Positions 10,075 through 20,792 of a stretch of DNA of 64,000 nucleotides are shown here, piece by piece. The stretch spans positions 132,382 to 196,381 of the forward strand of contig CAZEEI010000002.1 in NCBI GenBank assembly GCA_964511175.1. The letters run 5' to 3'. The notes below the pieces were generated by a model. It was given only the letters and a program-made list of their open reading frames with translations, did no database searches and was not told the DNA's origin. The DNA comes from an uncultured Pseudomonadales bacterium. Lineage in GTDB: Bacteria; Patescibacteriota; Microgenomatia; UBA1400; UBA1396. The position numbers and the translations under genes were made by a program. Position 1 is the stretch's first letter. Every line of letters starts with the position of its first letter.

Positions 10075-11172
10075 ATGATTTTGCTGTTAGATAATATTCC
10101 TACACCAGCCACAACGCACCGTTACAACGCTCTTAACCGGGTGTTGGATGGTCAATTAATGGTTTGGTATCAACGTTATTGCGAACCAAATCGTTCTTGG
10201 CGTGTAGTGCCTCAACCACAGTTTCCAACTGTTGTTTTAGGTCAGAGTTGGGGCGCAACTTTTTGGTCGCTGTTTGGCCAACTCAATCGTCAGAAGACGC
10301 AAATCGACGCGGTCATTATCCGAGGTTGGAACACCTTTAGTTATCTCTATGCGGTGGCTTGGTGTCGTTATTACCGTGTACCGCTGGTTCTCTGGTCAGG
10401 CAGCACGTCTTGGGAGAGGCACTGGCTGCGTTTGCCGGTAGCCCCGATTGTACGCTGGGTGGTTGGCAGTGCATCTAGTTATCTAGCCTATGGCAGCCGC
10501 GCGCGGGCCTATCTAATTAGTTTGGGTGCTGACCCCGCCAAAGTACGGATTTTCTGGAACTCAGTTGATTTAGCCCACTTCGCCCGCGCGCGCCGTCTTC
10601 AGCCAGCCGCCGCCCGCCAGCAATTAAAACTCCCTAGCCATAAACGAATTATCCTTTTTGTTGGCCAACTAATCGAACGAAAAAACATTTTATCTTTGGT
10701 TTCTGCCTTCAATCGAGTCAGCCGCTGTTATCCGCAATTACATTTAGTAGTCGCGGGGGTCGGTCCTTTGACTTCACAAATTGAGCCAAGTTCGAATCTA
10801 ACTTTACTAGGGCATCAGGAGTATCGCCAATTACCATTGCTCTATGCCGCCGCTGATGTATTAATTCTGCCATCATGTGAGGAAGTTTGGGGTTTAGTAG
10901 TTAATGAAGCCATGGCTGCCGGTTTGCCTTGTGCGGTTTCGGTAACAGCCGGTGTGGCCGCTGATCTAGTCATACCCGGCAAAACCGGCTGGCGCTTACT
11001 TCCCACGCCGTTTGGTATCGAGTTAGTTCTGCGACAGATCGCTAAAGCTAGTTTTCGGGAATTAAAACTCTTAGGAAATCAGGCGGCTAAACAGGTAAGT
11101 TTAACTGACGCCAACGTTACCGCACGGCGTCTATTTACATGGCAAAACCAGCATAAGAAACGCGGGGAATGA
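10075..11172 (+). CDS. GT4 glycosyltransferase
   Basis: FVGQLIERKN, LPSCEEVWGLVVNEAMAAG. Confidence 0.92.
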   Translation: MILLLDNIPTPATTHRYNALNRVLDGQLMVWYQRYCEPNRSWRVVPQPQFPTVVLGQSWGATFWSLFGQLNRQKTQIDAVIIRGWNTFSYLYAVAWCRYYRVPLVLWSGSTSWERHWLRLPVAPIVRWVVGSASSYLAYGSRARAYLISLGADPAKVRIFWNSVDLAHFARARRLQPAAARQQLKLPSHKRIILFVGQLIERKNILSLVSAFNRVSRCYPQLHLVVAGVGPLTSQIEPSSNLTLLGHQEYRQLPLLYAAADVLILPSCEEVWGLVVNEAMAAGLPCAVSVTAGVAADLVIPGKTGWRLLPTPFGIELVLRQIAKASFRELKLLGNQAAKQVSLTDANVTARRLFTWQNQHKKRGE

Positions 11173-11725
11173 TGCCCGTCTTGGTGAGTGGCCAGTAGCG
11201 GAAAAAGGCGCGACCCACAATTGCTTCCTTGCCCACCGGACCCCAAACCCGCGAATCGGAAGAAAAGGGACGGTTGTCACCAAGCAGCATGTATTCGTTT
11301 TCACCCAAGAGAATTTCGCGGCCACCTTCGGTAAAAGCACCGGCTTTAGTAAAGTTTTCCGGCGGAATATAAGGCTCTGGCAAAGGCTGGCTGTTGATCC
11401 AAATGGCATTGTCGTGGACAGCAAAAGTATCGCCCGGTAAGCCTAGAACGCGTTTAATGAAATCGCAACCTGTCCCTTCCGGGCAGCCGGATTGTTCGGG
11501 CGCGTGGAAGACCACCACATCGCCACGTTGCGGCTCGCCGGTTTGGTAGGAGACTTTGTCGGTCAAAACATATTCGCCGTCCAAAAAAGTCGGTTCCATA
11601 GACTGGCCGCTAACCTGGTGTGGTTGCATGAAGAAGAGGTAAATGACCAAGAAAATGGAAAGCGCCACCACTACTGTTTCGATAATATCCAGAAAGAGGG
11701 CATTGAGAGAACGGAACAGATTCAT
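11135..11725 (-). CDS. lepB: Signal peptidase I
   Basis: N-terminal TM, GQSMEPT (Ser), FIKRVLGLPGD (Lys), GDNRPFSSDSRVWG. Confidence 0.96.
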   Translation of the reverse strand: MNLFRSLNALFLDIIETVVVALSIFLVIYLFFMQPHQVSGQSMEPTFLDGEYVLTDKVSYQTGEPQRGDVVVFHAPEQSGCPEGTGCDFIKRVLGLPGDTFAVHDNAIWINSQPLPEPYIPPENFTKAGAFTEGGREILLGENEYMLLGDNRPFSSDSRVWGPVGKEAIVGRAFFRYWPLTKTGIIPRVSYAGFAM

Positions 11726-11818
11726 ACCTGGGTATTATGCGCGCTGGTTTAGTCCGCCGTCAATTACTTTGGTGAATTAATCTAGACCAGACTGACTTTC
11801 TGGCGTAGAATCCAGAAT

Positions 11819-12988
11819 ATGACTATCCAAGAAGTTCTCACCCGCGGTGTCGAACAAATTCTTCCCAGCCAGGAAGGTTTGGCTCAACTGATGGCGCAGA
11901 AAAAAATCCGTCTCTACTTGGGTATTGACCCCACCGGTAACCAATTGCACCTAGGCCATGCGGTGGTTTTGCGTAAACTCCAGCAGTTTGCTGATTTAGG
12001 TCATGACGTAATTCTGTTAATTGGTAATGGTACGGTGAAAATCGGTGACCCTACCGGTAAAGACAAAACCCGCCCCCTACTCACCGATGAAGTGATTGAA
12101 GAAAATTTCCGCACTTGGCAACAGCAGGCCGCCAAGGTATTGAACTTTGAGCAAATCACCATTAAACGCAATGGTGACTGGTTGGACCCACTCACTTTTC
12201 CGGACATCGTTAAGCTTATGGCTAAGTTTACGGTGCAGCAGTTGTTGGAGCGCGACATGTTCCAAGAGCGCCTCAAAAATAATCAGCCCATTTTTGCCCA
12301 CGAAATTATTTACCCGATTTTACAGGGCTATGATTCCGTAGCCATGGATGTTGATCTGGAAATTGGTGGTTCGGACCAACTGTTTAACATGATGGTGGGC
12401 CGCCAACTGCAGAAAGAGATGAATAACCATGACAAGTTTGTGCTGGGCGTACCTCTGTTAGTGGGTAGCGACGGCCGCAAAATGGGCAAATCACTTCACA
12501 ACTTTATTTCGCTAACGGCCGAACCAAATGATATGTACGGCAAAGTCATGTCGATTGTCGACGATGTAATTATTGAATACTTTACCTTGCTGACCGATGT
12601 GCCGCTGGCGGAAATTGAAGACATGGAAACGGAATTAGCCGCCGGTGCCAACCCGATGGAGCTGAAGAAGCGGTTAGCTTTGACCATTACTGCGCAGTAC
12701 CATGATGCTCAAGCCGCCCAAGCCGCGCAAGTGCATTTTGAAAAGACGGTGCAGAATCGGGAACTACCTGGCCAGATGCCAGAGTTGGTTGCCGCGGGTT
12801 CGAGCAGCGTTCTCGATTTAGTGATGCAGACTGGTGTACCAGCTAGTCGTGGTGAAGCCCGACGGTTGATTGAACAGGGCGGTGTGAGTTTAGATGACGA
12901 GAAACTAACTGACTCCAATCAGAAACTCAGCCCGAAAAGTGGACAAGTGCTACGGGTGGGCAAACGCCAGTGGTTTGCCATCAAGTAA
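11819..12988 (+). CDS. tyrS: Tyrosine--tRNA ligase
   Basis: GIDPTGNQLHLGH, QGYDS, GGSDQ, KMGKS, C-terminal S4 domain. Confidence 0.97.
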   Translation: MTIQEVLTRGVEQILPSQEGLAQLMAQKKIRLYLGIDPTGNQLHLGHAVVLRKLQQFADLGHDVILLIGNGTVKIGDPTGKDKTRPLLTDEVIEENFRTWQQQAAKVLNFEQITIKRNGDWLDPLTFPDIVKLMAKFTVQQLLERDMFQERLKNNQPIFAHEIIYPILQGYDSVAMDVDLEIGGSDQLFNMMVGRQLQKEMNNHDKFVLGVPLLVGSDGRKMGKSLHNFISLTAEPNDMYGKVMSIVDDVIIEYFTLLTDVPLAEIEDMETELAAGANPMELKKRLALTITAQYHDAQAAQAAQVHFEKTVQNRELPGQMPELVAAGSSSVLDLVMQTGVPASRGEARRLIEQGGVSLDDEKLTDSNQKLSPKSGQVLRVGKRQWFAIK

Positions 12989-13008
12989 ATTGAAATGAGG
13001 GAAGAAAA

Positions 13009-13365
13009 ATGAGATTCAACGCTGGTCATGCTTTAAGTCTGGAAAAATTATTGGAGGTTATACCAACTGACGCCAGGAGGGCGACACGGGAAGGTTTAGA
13101 GAGTATTGATCCCGAGCGTATTGTGGCACTATGGAATAGTTATCCGGAAAAACAAGACGCTATAGCCGACACTCTCCTCGCAGAGCTTAGAACTCTTGCC
13201 AGTGATGTCCAGAAGTCCTCAATAGTCAACCGTTCTGAACGTCAACAGACACTGCGTGACTTTCTGCAGCAACTACGGACAATTTTCATTAAACTAGAAA
13301 CTTCTAGCAGTTCCTTATATCTTGAATTGCTTAACGGTATAAGCAAATATTCGCGCTTAGTCTAA
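13009..13365 (+). CDS. Hypothetical protein (118 aa)
   Basis: ORF with GAGG upstream; helical; no motif. Confidence 0.6.
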   Translation: MRFNAGHALSLEKLLEVIPTDARRATREGLESIDPERIVALWNSYPEKQDAIADTLLAELRTLASDVQKSSIVNRSERQQTLRDFLQQLRTIFIKLETSSSSLYLELLNGISKYSRLV

Positions 13366-13374
13366 AAAAGCAAC

Positions 13375-13971
13375 TTAGGCACGATTGGCTATTTGAAGAG
13401 CCCGCGAGGCCAAAAGGCGAAGTTTTTGTACAATGATCCGTTTTTGCACCAAAGGCAATCGTTTGTAAGTAACTCCATCCCAGATCTCCGGTGGTACTTC
13501 ATTTATTAAAGTTTCGGTTTCAGGTAAATCCATTCCCACAATAGATAAATTATCGATTACTTTTCTCAGTTCATTAACGCGTAAATTGCTTTCACTTAAT
13601 ACTTTTTCGCCAGCTGCCTGATGACCATCTAAAACTTTCTGCGTCCAAGTATCACGGCTTTTATCGTTAGTACTGTAACCATCTTCCAGTTCCGGTAGGA
13701 ATAAGAAACGGTAAAGCCCGGCCAAAGCATAGTAAAGATCTTTATTTTTTTGATGTTTATTTAGCAAAGGCAACATATCTGGAGTTTGCGGTGGTAATGG
13801 GGGATAGGCGAAGTGTAATCGACGGTTTTCCGCCATCATTTTTTGACGCACTTCATTCAATTCTGATTGAGTAAATAAAACAATCTCTTCTTTAGCGTGA
13901 ATGTCGCCAGCATAATCGTGTTCAATTTTACGCAACATTTCTAGATTGGCGGTTAAATCAGGATTAGACAT
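13375..13971 (-). CDS. Hypothetical protein (198 aa)
   Basis: Clean ORF filling the gap; no motif. Confidence 0.65.
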   Translation of the reverse strand: MSNPDLTANLEMLRKIEHDYAGDIHAKEEIVLFTQSELNEVRQKMMAENRRLHFAYPPLPPQTPDMLPLLNKHQKNKDLYYALAGLYRFLFLPELEDGYSTNDKSRDTWTQKVLDGHQAAGEKVLSESNLRVNELRKVIDNLSIVGMDLPETETLINEVPPEIWDGVTYKRLPLVQKRIIVQKLRLLASRALQIANRA

Positions 13972-14052
13972 AAGAACCCAGAATATCAGAAAAGCTTAAT
14001 TTTTACTAACAAAGCTTTTTAGAATAGCCGGTTGTATGATGATGGTTGAGTT

Positions 14053-15342
14053 ATGTGGCAGCGTTTTAATCGACTACGAGCTTTAGTTTTGGGTTCCGGT
14101 GCCCTGCGTCAGTCGGCGATTGCGGCCAGCGGTAATGTTATTACCGGTCTAATTTCGGCAGTGGCTATTATTTTGGCTTCCCGCTTACTTGGGCCAACCG
14201 AGTTTGGCGTTTTTTCCGTAGCGACATCCTTGATTGCTATTGGCAGTAAACTGGGCGATGTAGGCCTCAACGCCGTGATTACCCGTTTTTTGCCGCGTTG
14301 GCAGGGTGATCGAACCAAAGCGCGACAATTGCTAAGGCACATTATTTTTTGGAAAACAATCTTGGCTGGCATCGGACTAGGTTTGGTTTTATTGTGTCAA
14401 CAGCCACTGAGTGATTTGCTTAATTACCATCATCCAACGATGTGGTTTTGGGTAGCGTTTGGTTCTTTAGTTTTAATTTTATTCGAACATACCCTCATTG
14501 TGGCGGCCGCATTGCATGAATTTGTTTGGGCCAGCGTAGTGAATATTACCCAGGCGCTTTTCAAAGTAATTAGTTTTGTTTGGCTGGGGATATGTGGTGT
14601 TTACTCCACTGGGTGGCTGACGTTTATTTATGCTTTAGCGCCGGTAACGGGAGTATTACTGGTTCTGCGTCGCTTCCAACCATGGCTGCTGGTTAAGCCG
14701 GCTTATCTCGGGCAGCGATGGCAGAAGATGATCCAGCGCTACGCTGGGCACGCCGCTGTGGGTGTAACGGCTACAACACTCATTGCTAATATTGATCTCC
14801 TGTTTGTGCAGAAATATCTTTCACCCCTGGATACCGGGGTTTATGCGGGGGCCTCTCGAATCGCTCTGTTTGTGGCTTTTGTAGCGGCGGCGGTGGGAAC
14901 AGTCTTAAATAATCGGGTAGCGCGTTATCAAGCGCGGGAAACCCAAGCTTTATATCTAAAGAAATCACTAGTAGTGGTGCTAATTGCCATACTGGGTTTT
15001 CTCTGCTTTTTACCATTGGCTCGCTTGGCTTTGGTTTTAACTATTGGGCCGGAATATTTGCCTGGCTTGCCGGCCCTGATTGTTTTGGTGGCCAATGCTT
15101 TTTTGGGGTTGGCGGTGGTGCCGTACATCTCCTTTTTTTACGCTCTCGATATTCCTTATTATTTTTCTTTGGGCGGCATTCTCCAAATGGTGGTCATTGG
15201 GCTGGTGAGTTGGTGGGGATTACCTCAATATGGCCTAATGGCGGCGGCGTACGCACGATTGCTGGCGACAGTGGTTTTTGTGGTTTATACCACAGGCATG
15301 ATTTGGTTTACCTGGGGAAACCGCCAATCCGTTGAGCATTAA
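14053..15342 (+). CDS. Wzx-type oligosaccharide flippase
   Basis: ~12 TM helices, SRLLGPTEFG, 'NIDLLFVQKYLSPLDTGVYA'. Confidence 0.88.
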   Translation: MWQRFNRLRALVLGSGALRQSAIAASGNVITGLISAVAIILASRLLGPTEFGVFSVATSLIAIGSKLGDVGLNAVITRFLPRWQGDRTKARQLLRHIIFWKTILAGIGLGLVLLCQQPLSDLLNYHHPTMWFWVAFGSLVLILFEHTLIVAAALHEFVWASVVNITQALFKVISFVWLGICGVYSTGWLTFIYALAPVTGVLLVLRRFQPWLLVKPAYLGQRWQKMIQRYAGHAAVGVTATTLIANIDLLFVQKYLSPLDTGVYAGASRIALFVAFVAAAVGTVLNNRVARYQARETQALYLKKSLVVVLIAILGFLCFLPLARLALVLTIGPEYLPGLPALIVLVANAFLGLAVVPYISFFYALDIPYYFSLGGILQMVVIGLVSWWGLPQYGLMAAAYARLLATVVFVVYTTGMIWFTWGNRQSVEH

Positions 15343-16193
15343 TTATCTTTTTGAAATAAATCTTCCGAAAAGACTTGATTCGAATCCCCACTAACCAAAG
15401 CATAATATAAAAAGCCGCGTATTTCCCCGGCCCAATAATCTACTGCATGGTTGGGGGAAGCCAGAGGGAACATGCGGAAGTAGCTACCACTGGACAGTAT
15501 ATCTGATGGCAACGCATATCCGGCGCGAACTAAATGGGGAGCATGACTAACGATTCCGATAATATTAGCCGAATCGTGAATGAGACCCGCCGGTAAGGCG
15601 AAATTCTTAATTTGATGAATTGTATTATCAATTGCAGCATTAATAATAATTACTTTAGACGGGGGAATAACTATTCCTTCCTCCGTTAAGATTTGCTCGA
15701 TATCCAAATTTTCATCTCTCCTGCCGTTAAATATCAGTGGTGGGGCGTACTGCTCGATCATGGCGCGAGTTTTTATTTTGGAGTCTATTGGTCTAGTAGT
15801 AGATGCGCCGCTGGCGGCTTCGGCATATTTACGCATCAAGAGGGCAGCATAGGCCAAACGGTGTCTACCCATAAATTTAGCCCATTCCAGGTTTTTGTAG
15901 CGGTCTTCTTTAAAAGGTTCGCGATAATATCCTGGTCCGGATAGTACCCATAGCGCGGCTACTTTGGAGCAAGGGAGTTGCCCCTTGAGCAGCTTTTGCC
16001 GATCTTGTTTAGCTAACCCTTCAGTTTTTTTCAGACGAATACAAAAATCGTCAATTAGTTTGCGAACTAACTTAGTTTCATAACCAGAAAGATCAGGTTT
16101 GAACCCGGAATCGGAATGTGTAACCTGCTCAAAAGCAAGATTGCCGGCAATATCAATATTATTTATTAATTCGGGAGGAAGTATTTCAGTCAT
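15339..16193 (-). CDS. Divergent DUF218/ElyC/YdcF-like protein
   Basis: Motif order WVLSG..RHRLAYA..IFNG..DNT..IVSHAPHLVRA matches the DUF218 pattern. Confidence 0.55.
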   Translation of the reverse strand: MTEILPPELINNIDIAGNLAFEQVTHSDSGFKPDLSGYETKLVRKLIDDFCIRLKKTEGLAKQDRQKLLKGQLPCSKVAALWVLSGPGYYREPFKEDRYKNLEWAKFMGRHRLAYAALLMRKYAEAASGASTTRPIDSKIKTRAMIEQYAPPLIFNGRRDENLDIEQILTEEGIVIPPSKVIIINAAIDNTIHQIKNFALPAGLIHDSANIIGIVSHAPHLVRAGYALPSDILSSGSYFRMFPLASPNHAVDYWAGEIRGFLYYALVSGDSNQVFSEDLFQKDN

Positions 16194-16218
16194 AACAAGT
16201 TACTACAAAAAGCTAGAT

Positions 16219-18048
16219 TTATTTGCTTTGACGTGGAGTCAAAATTACCGTATTTCCAATTTGTTTATCAAAATCATAATTAGCCAAAATCCAATCGTTT
16301 ATAGCTGCTAAACGCTTGGTATTAGGAATTAAATCGATTTCATTAGTCCATAAAGCTGATGAATAAATAATGTACTTTGGTCGATGGGCGGCAAGGTCAG
16401 CCAATGCTTCTTGATGAAAGAAATTAGGTTCCGCAAACCAGGTGATATAAAAACGGGTTGGGCTAGGTCGATGTAGTAAATGGTAATAAAGCACTTCGTT
16501 GCTAAAAACAAAAACAAAGTCGGTTTCCTTAGTATTCCCAACAATATAATCTCGAACCAGTTTAGTTTCTGCAGTCAGCCAATAATCATCAGCAATAGTT
16601 GGTAAAGAAAAGAAAATTTTAATATCGTGCCAAGAAGTTGGCCGCCAAGGTAAAATCTGTTCGTATCTAAAGAAAGGAAGAGAGAAAAGCAGTAGACATA
16701 TTCCGATCAGTAATGGTCGAAACAGAATGCGCGTCCGCTGCCAGAAAAAATCACAGAACACAAATACCGCCATAAAAGTAAAAGGAACAGCATACTGGAC
16801 ATGTCCAAAATCACTTCTACCTAAGGCACTTTTGTAAAATAATAAACCCAGAACAACGACGACTGATTGAAGCATAGTTTCGCGTAAGTTCTTTTTATTC
16901 AATTTTCGGAATAATTCAATTGTTACAATCACATTAATGATTATGAGCAAAATAGGTAGCCAGTATAGAGAAAAGGTGGCAAGTGACGGTTTGGGATAAA
17001 CATAGTCAAACATCAGGGGGCTCATTTGGGGTATGTAGAAAAAAGTGATTTTTAAAAATTCAACAAAACCCTGCCAACTAAAAATAACTATTCCCAATAA
17101 TAAAGCACTTCCCGCACCAAGGATGTTGGGATTCAGCAAAGCCAAAGCCTGTTTGAAAAGGAAAATCGGTTTGAAGTTTTTTTTATGATTTAACCAGGTA
17201 GTAGACAAGATATACGCAGTCAGAAAGTAACCATGGGTTAAAATTAAATATATTCCCCGATCAATGGAATGGTAAAGCGACAAAACGCTTACCAATGAAG
17301 TGAGCGTAAATAAAGTTTTTTCGGAAAGTTTATTACGGACAAAGAAAATTATCAGCAGCAAATAAGAAAGTACAAATAAATCTCGTTGCACATCACGCAA
17401 AGGAAGTGAGCCCATGAAAAATACAGCTATTAATCCAAAAATAAAATTGTTCTTAATTAATAAATTAAGAACAAGCAATAATAAACTAAACGCTACTATG
17501 CCAATTAAATAATCAAGGAGAAAAAATGAGCCAATGTTTGGGGAAAATATCTTAAAGGCAAAGAAGGAGGTAAGGGCATCATTTAGAGCTCCGTGTAAAA
17601 AGAAAATATTAGTAAATGGTTTTTGTCCAAAAAAATACATGGCTGATCCCGGACTTACTCGTTCACCTATATGAAACATGTCGATTTGCGAGTAGTTTCG
17701 TAAATAATCGGAACAAAAAGACAAAAAGAGTGAAAGAAGAAGGGCACTAGTTGTATAAACACGCACCGCCAAAGAAAAATGTTTGGCAATAAATGGTTTG
17801 ATAATGTAAAAACCAATTACGCTGCCGATTAAAAATACTAAAAAACGCAGAGTATTAGTGTGAGGATTAAACTGCAAATTAACTACCGGTCCTGCCAAAC
17901 CATAAGGATTGCTAAAAGGCAGACGGACAATCATTGATATGATCATCGCGGCGGAGGTGCTAAACAGTAGAGCTATTCCATTGATTGCTAGTGCCGCTGC
18001 GGGCTGGGAGATAAAAGATAACTGATTAAGCAGCCTGGACGTTCGCAT
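16219..18048 (-). CDS. Polytopic membrane protein, probable GT-C glycosyltransferase
   Basis: ~12 TM helices, loop DMFHIGE..FFLHG, soluble C-terminal domain (YIVGNT..DFVFVF..PTRF). Confidence 0.6.
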   Translation of the reverse strand: MRTSRLLNQLSFISQPAAALAINGIALLFSTSAAMIISMIVRLPFSNPYGLAGPVVNLQFNPHTNTLRFLVFLIGSVIGFYIIKPFIAKHFSLAVRVYTTSALLLSLFLSFCSDYLRNYSQIDMFHIGERVSPGSAMYFFGQKPFTNIFFLHGALNDALTSFFAFKIFSPNIGSFFLLDYLIGIVAFSLLLLVLNLLIKNNFIFGLIAVFFMGSLPLRDVQRDLFVLSYLLLIIFFVRNKLSEKTLFTLTSLVSVLSLYHSIDRGIYLILTHGYFLTAYILSTTWLNHKKNFKPIFLFKQALALLNPNILGAGSALLLGIVIFSWQGFVEFLKITFFYIPQMSPLMFDYVYPKPSLATFSLYWLPILLIIINVIVTIELFRKLNKKNLRETMLQSVVVVLGLLFYKSALGRSDFGHVQYAVPFTFMAVFVFCDFFWQRTRILFRPLLIGICLLLFSLPFFRYEQILPWRPTSWHDIKIFFSLPTIADDYWLTAETKLVRDYIVGNTKETDFVFVFSNEVLYYHLLHRPSPTRFYITWFAEPNFFHQEALADLAAHRPKYIIYSSALWTNEIDLIPNTKRLAAINDWILANYDFDKQIGNTVILTPRQSK

Positions 18049-18069
18049 GCGACTGTATTATAGTGGCCT

Positions 18070-19179
18070 ATGATGAAATCAACAACGGCTGAGGCAGTAG
18101 TGATTGGCGGAGGATTTTATGGCTGTGAAATTGCTTTACTGCTACGTCGGTATTTTAAAAATGTTTTGATTTTAGAGGAAAATTCGCAACTTTGTCAGCG
18201 GGCTACTTATATTAACCAAGCGCGCATCCATAATGGTTACCATTATCCGCGTAGTTTTTTAACTGCTTTCCGCTCCCATCATAATTTCAATAAGTTTATA
18301 CAGGACTATAAATTTTGTATTGACGATTCTTTTCAAAAAATTTATGGCATTGCCCGTCATGGTTCAAAAGTGACGGCCAAGCAATTCGAGCAATTTATTA
18401 CTCGCGTTGGCGCACCACTGTCCTCAGTGAGTCCGCAAGTAGAGAGTTTATTTAATCAAGACCTAATCGAAAAATTGTATTTGACGCAGGAAGTAGCTTT
18501 TGATGCCTATAAATTAAAGGAAATGGTAGCATCAAAATTGACTAAAGCGGGGGTTAAAATTTATCATAATGTAACGGCGGCACAAGTAAAAAGCAGAAAA
18601 GACGGATTGGAGATTATAACTACCGCCGGTGAAAGATTTAAGGCGAAGCAGGTTTTTAATTGTACTTATGCCCGTATTAATACCATCCTGAAAAATTCTG
18701 GACTATCTCTTCTTCCTTTTAAGCACGAATTGATTGAGATGGCTTTAATTGAGCCGCCAGCAGAAATACGAAATTTGGGAATTACCATTATGGATGGCCC
18801 GTTTTTTTCAACGATGCCTTTTCCTAGTCAGAAATTGCATTCTCTTAGTCATGTTCGTTACACACCAATTACCGCTTGGTCTGATAAAGAAAACTACCTT
18901 GATCCTTATCAATACTTAACTGCTTTTTCGCGACGTAGCCGATATCAATATATGCTCAAAGACGCAATACGTTATTTACCAGTTTTGAGTAAGGCCCATT
19001 ATGTTAAATCACTTTTTGAAATTAAAACCGTTCTGTTACAAAATGAAGATGATGATGGCCGACCAATCCTTTTCCGGAAAGATTATGATGGTCTCGAAAA
19101 TTTCTATTTGGTTATGGGTGGGAAAATAGATAATATATATGATATTTTAGGGAAAATTACTTCCCTTTTTACGGATTAA
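18070..19179 (+). CDS. FAD-dependent oxidoreductase (DAO family)
   Basis: VVIGGGFYG, NQARIHNGYHYPRS, MDGPFFS, GGKIDN. Confidence 0.88.
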   Translation: MMKSTTAEAVVIGGGFYGCEIALLLRRYFKNVLILEENSQLCQRATYINQARIHNGYHYPRSFLTAFRSHHNFNKFIQDYKFCIDDSFQKIYGIARHGSKVTAKQFEQFITRVGAPLSSVSPQVESLFNQDLIEKLYLTQEVAFDAYKLKEMVASKLTKAGVKIYHNVTAAQVKSRKDGLEIITTAGERFKAKQVFNCTYARINTILKNSGLSLLPFKHELIEMALIEPPAEIRNLGITIMDGPFFSTMPFPSQKLHSLSHVRYTPITAWSDKENYLDPYQYLTAFSRRSRYQYMLKDAIRYLPVLSKAHYVKSLFEIKTVLLQNEDDDGRPILFRKDYDGLENFYLVMGGKIDNIYDILGKITSLFTD

Positions 19180-19984
19180 AGACACCAGTAGCGGCTTTAA
19201 ATAGGGTAATAAGCAAATCAAAATTTCCTTTTAAGATACCTATTTTGGTGGGAACTTTACCCCGCGGGTAACGGCGTGTTACTGGAATTTCAATTACTCT
19301 TCGGCCGATTTGTCCGGCACGAGCGGAAAGATAAACCAATAGTTCATACTTTTGAAAGACCCGCCGCAGTGGCAATACTTGCTGATCCAACAAATAAGCA
19401 CGACTGTAGGCGCGGAATCCGTTGGTAGTGTCCGTAAGATGACTACCAGAGACTAAGCTAATAAGCGGAGCATGAAAATAATGATTGGCGATATGGCGCA
19501 ACCAGGGTGTGTTAATGGCTTTTCCACCTGGTATGAAGCGGGATCCTTGTATGTAATCGTAGCCATCTTTTAGCTTAGTAATGAATAAGGGAATACTGCG
19601 AGCGTCATCTTTACCATTACCGTCCATGGTGATGATTCCTTGATATCCTTGTTGTAAGGCGTACGCATAACCCATGCGCAGTTGAGCACTCAGTTTGCCC
19701 GTATCTTTTTTAATTAATAAACTTCTAACCCCATTACGTTTTAGGAAAGCAAGATCAGTTGAACCATCGGTGCTGTCGCCATCTAAGATTAAAATATCAA
19801 CCCGATCTTGGTAATTTTTAATTTGTTGAAGTTGTTTTTTAAAACGGTCTCCCTCATTAATAATCGGAATACATAAACAATAATCATTAGATTTCGGTTT
19901 CAATTCCTGCAATACATGTTTAGGCACATCCCAATTTCGAAGCATATCTTTAGCTAGGTGTTGGGGATTATTTTGTCGAACCAT
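19169..19984 (-). CDS. GT2, polyprenol-phosphate glycosyltransferase (DPM1-like)
   Basis: IPIINEG, DGDSTDGS, TMDGNGKD, QGSRF, DTTNGFRAYS. Confidence 0.88.
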   Translation of the reverse strand: MVRQNNPQHLAKDMLRNWDVPKHVLQELKPKSNDYCLCIPIINEGDRFKKQLQQIKNYQDRVDILILDGDSTDGSTDLAFLKRNGVRSLLIKKDTGKLSAQLRMGYAYALQQGYQGIITMDGNGKDDARSIPLFITKLKDGYDYIQGSRFIPGGKAINTPWLRHIANHYFHAPLISLVSGSHLTDTTNGFRAYSRAYLLDQQVLPLRRVFQKYELLVYLSARAGQIGRRVIEIPVTRRYPRGKVPTKIGILKGNFDLLITLFKAATGVFNP

Positions 19985-20792
19985 AATGATGAGCTACAAA
20001 AGCTAAAGCTTGTTTTATGGCGTCATTGTTGGCAGGCAAAATGCCGGCTTTCATTTCAATAGACACGGTATGTTGGTAATGATTTTTTTGTAATTCTTGT
20101 GCAATAAGCGTGTGCTGAGTTTGCGGATTGGAACCAATGAGGCCTAAGTAAGGTTCACTAATATGAAAATGTTGTAAATAAGGTTTAGCGATCAGAAAAG
20201 ATTGCGGGATATCTTCTTGATTTAAGGTCATAACAGCTGCATCAAGGTGTAACTGGACGTTAGGATGAGCGAGCGACTGGATGAAATCAACAGTTTCTTG
20301 AGTGTTTGTGAGGAAATTACACCCATATTGAGGAGCATTGGGTTCCAAACAAAACAAAATATTATGCGGTCGACACAGTTCCCCCACTTGCCAAAAAAAA
20401 TCTTTAGCTATCGCGTTAACTGCCTGATCAAAATGTGGGGGAATATGCCTATTTTGAGGAGAGCCGAAAACTAAACGCATCGTACCAAGTTCAGCCGCCA
20501 AAAGGATAATCTTATGCAAATATTTTAAAGTTTTCTTTTGTCCGCTGAGTTCAGTAAATATTTGCAGTTCTGGTTGGCCGTATAAGAGCGATTGCATTGC
20601 CACTGGCGTAAGGCCAAAATTTTGCAAATTTTGTTTATAGGTACGGGCAGCTGCGGCTGAAGCCATGGTGAGATCGGAAAATACTCTGGTTGGAGCGAGT
20701 TCAATATAAGCAATATTGCTTTTCTGCAAAAGGGCAAAAATAACCTTATCTTCGGTTTGATTCCAAGCAATATGAGAGATGGCACACTTCAT
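19968..20792 (-). CDS. Sugar phosphate isomerase/epimerase (xylose-isomerase-like TIM barrel)
   Basis: IELAP, LVFGSPQNR, LEPN, HLD, HFHISEP, SIEM metal ligands. Confidence 0.82.
   Translation of the reverse strand: MKCAISHIAWNQTEDKVIFALLQKSNIAYIELAPTRVFSDLTMASAAAARTYKQNLQNFGLTPVAMQSLLYGQPELQIFTELSGQKKTLKYLHKIILLAAELGTMRLVFGSPQNRHIPPHFDQAVNAIAKDFFWQVGELCRPHNILFCLEPNAPQYGCNFLTNTQETVDFIQSLAHPNVQLHLDAAVMTLNQEDIPQSFLIAKPYLQHFHISEPYLGLIGSNPQTQHTLIAQELQKNHYQHTVSIEMKAGILPANNDAIKQALAFVAHHYGSTK

Noticed and set aside
13990-14021. AAAAGCTT-N14-AAGCTTTT inverted repeat between divergent genes
   Set aside because: Short and AT-rich; plausible by chance.
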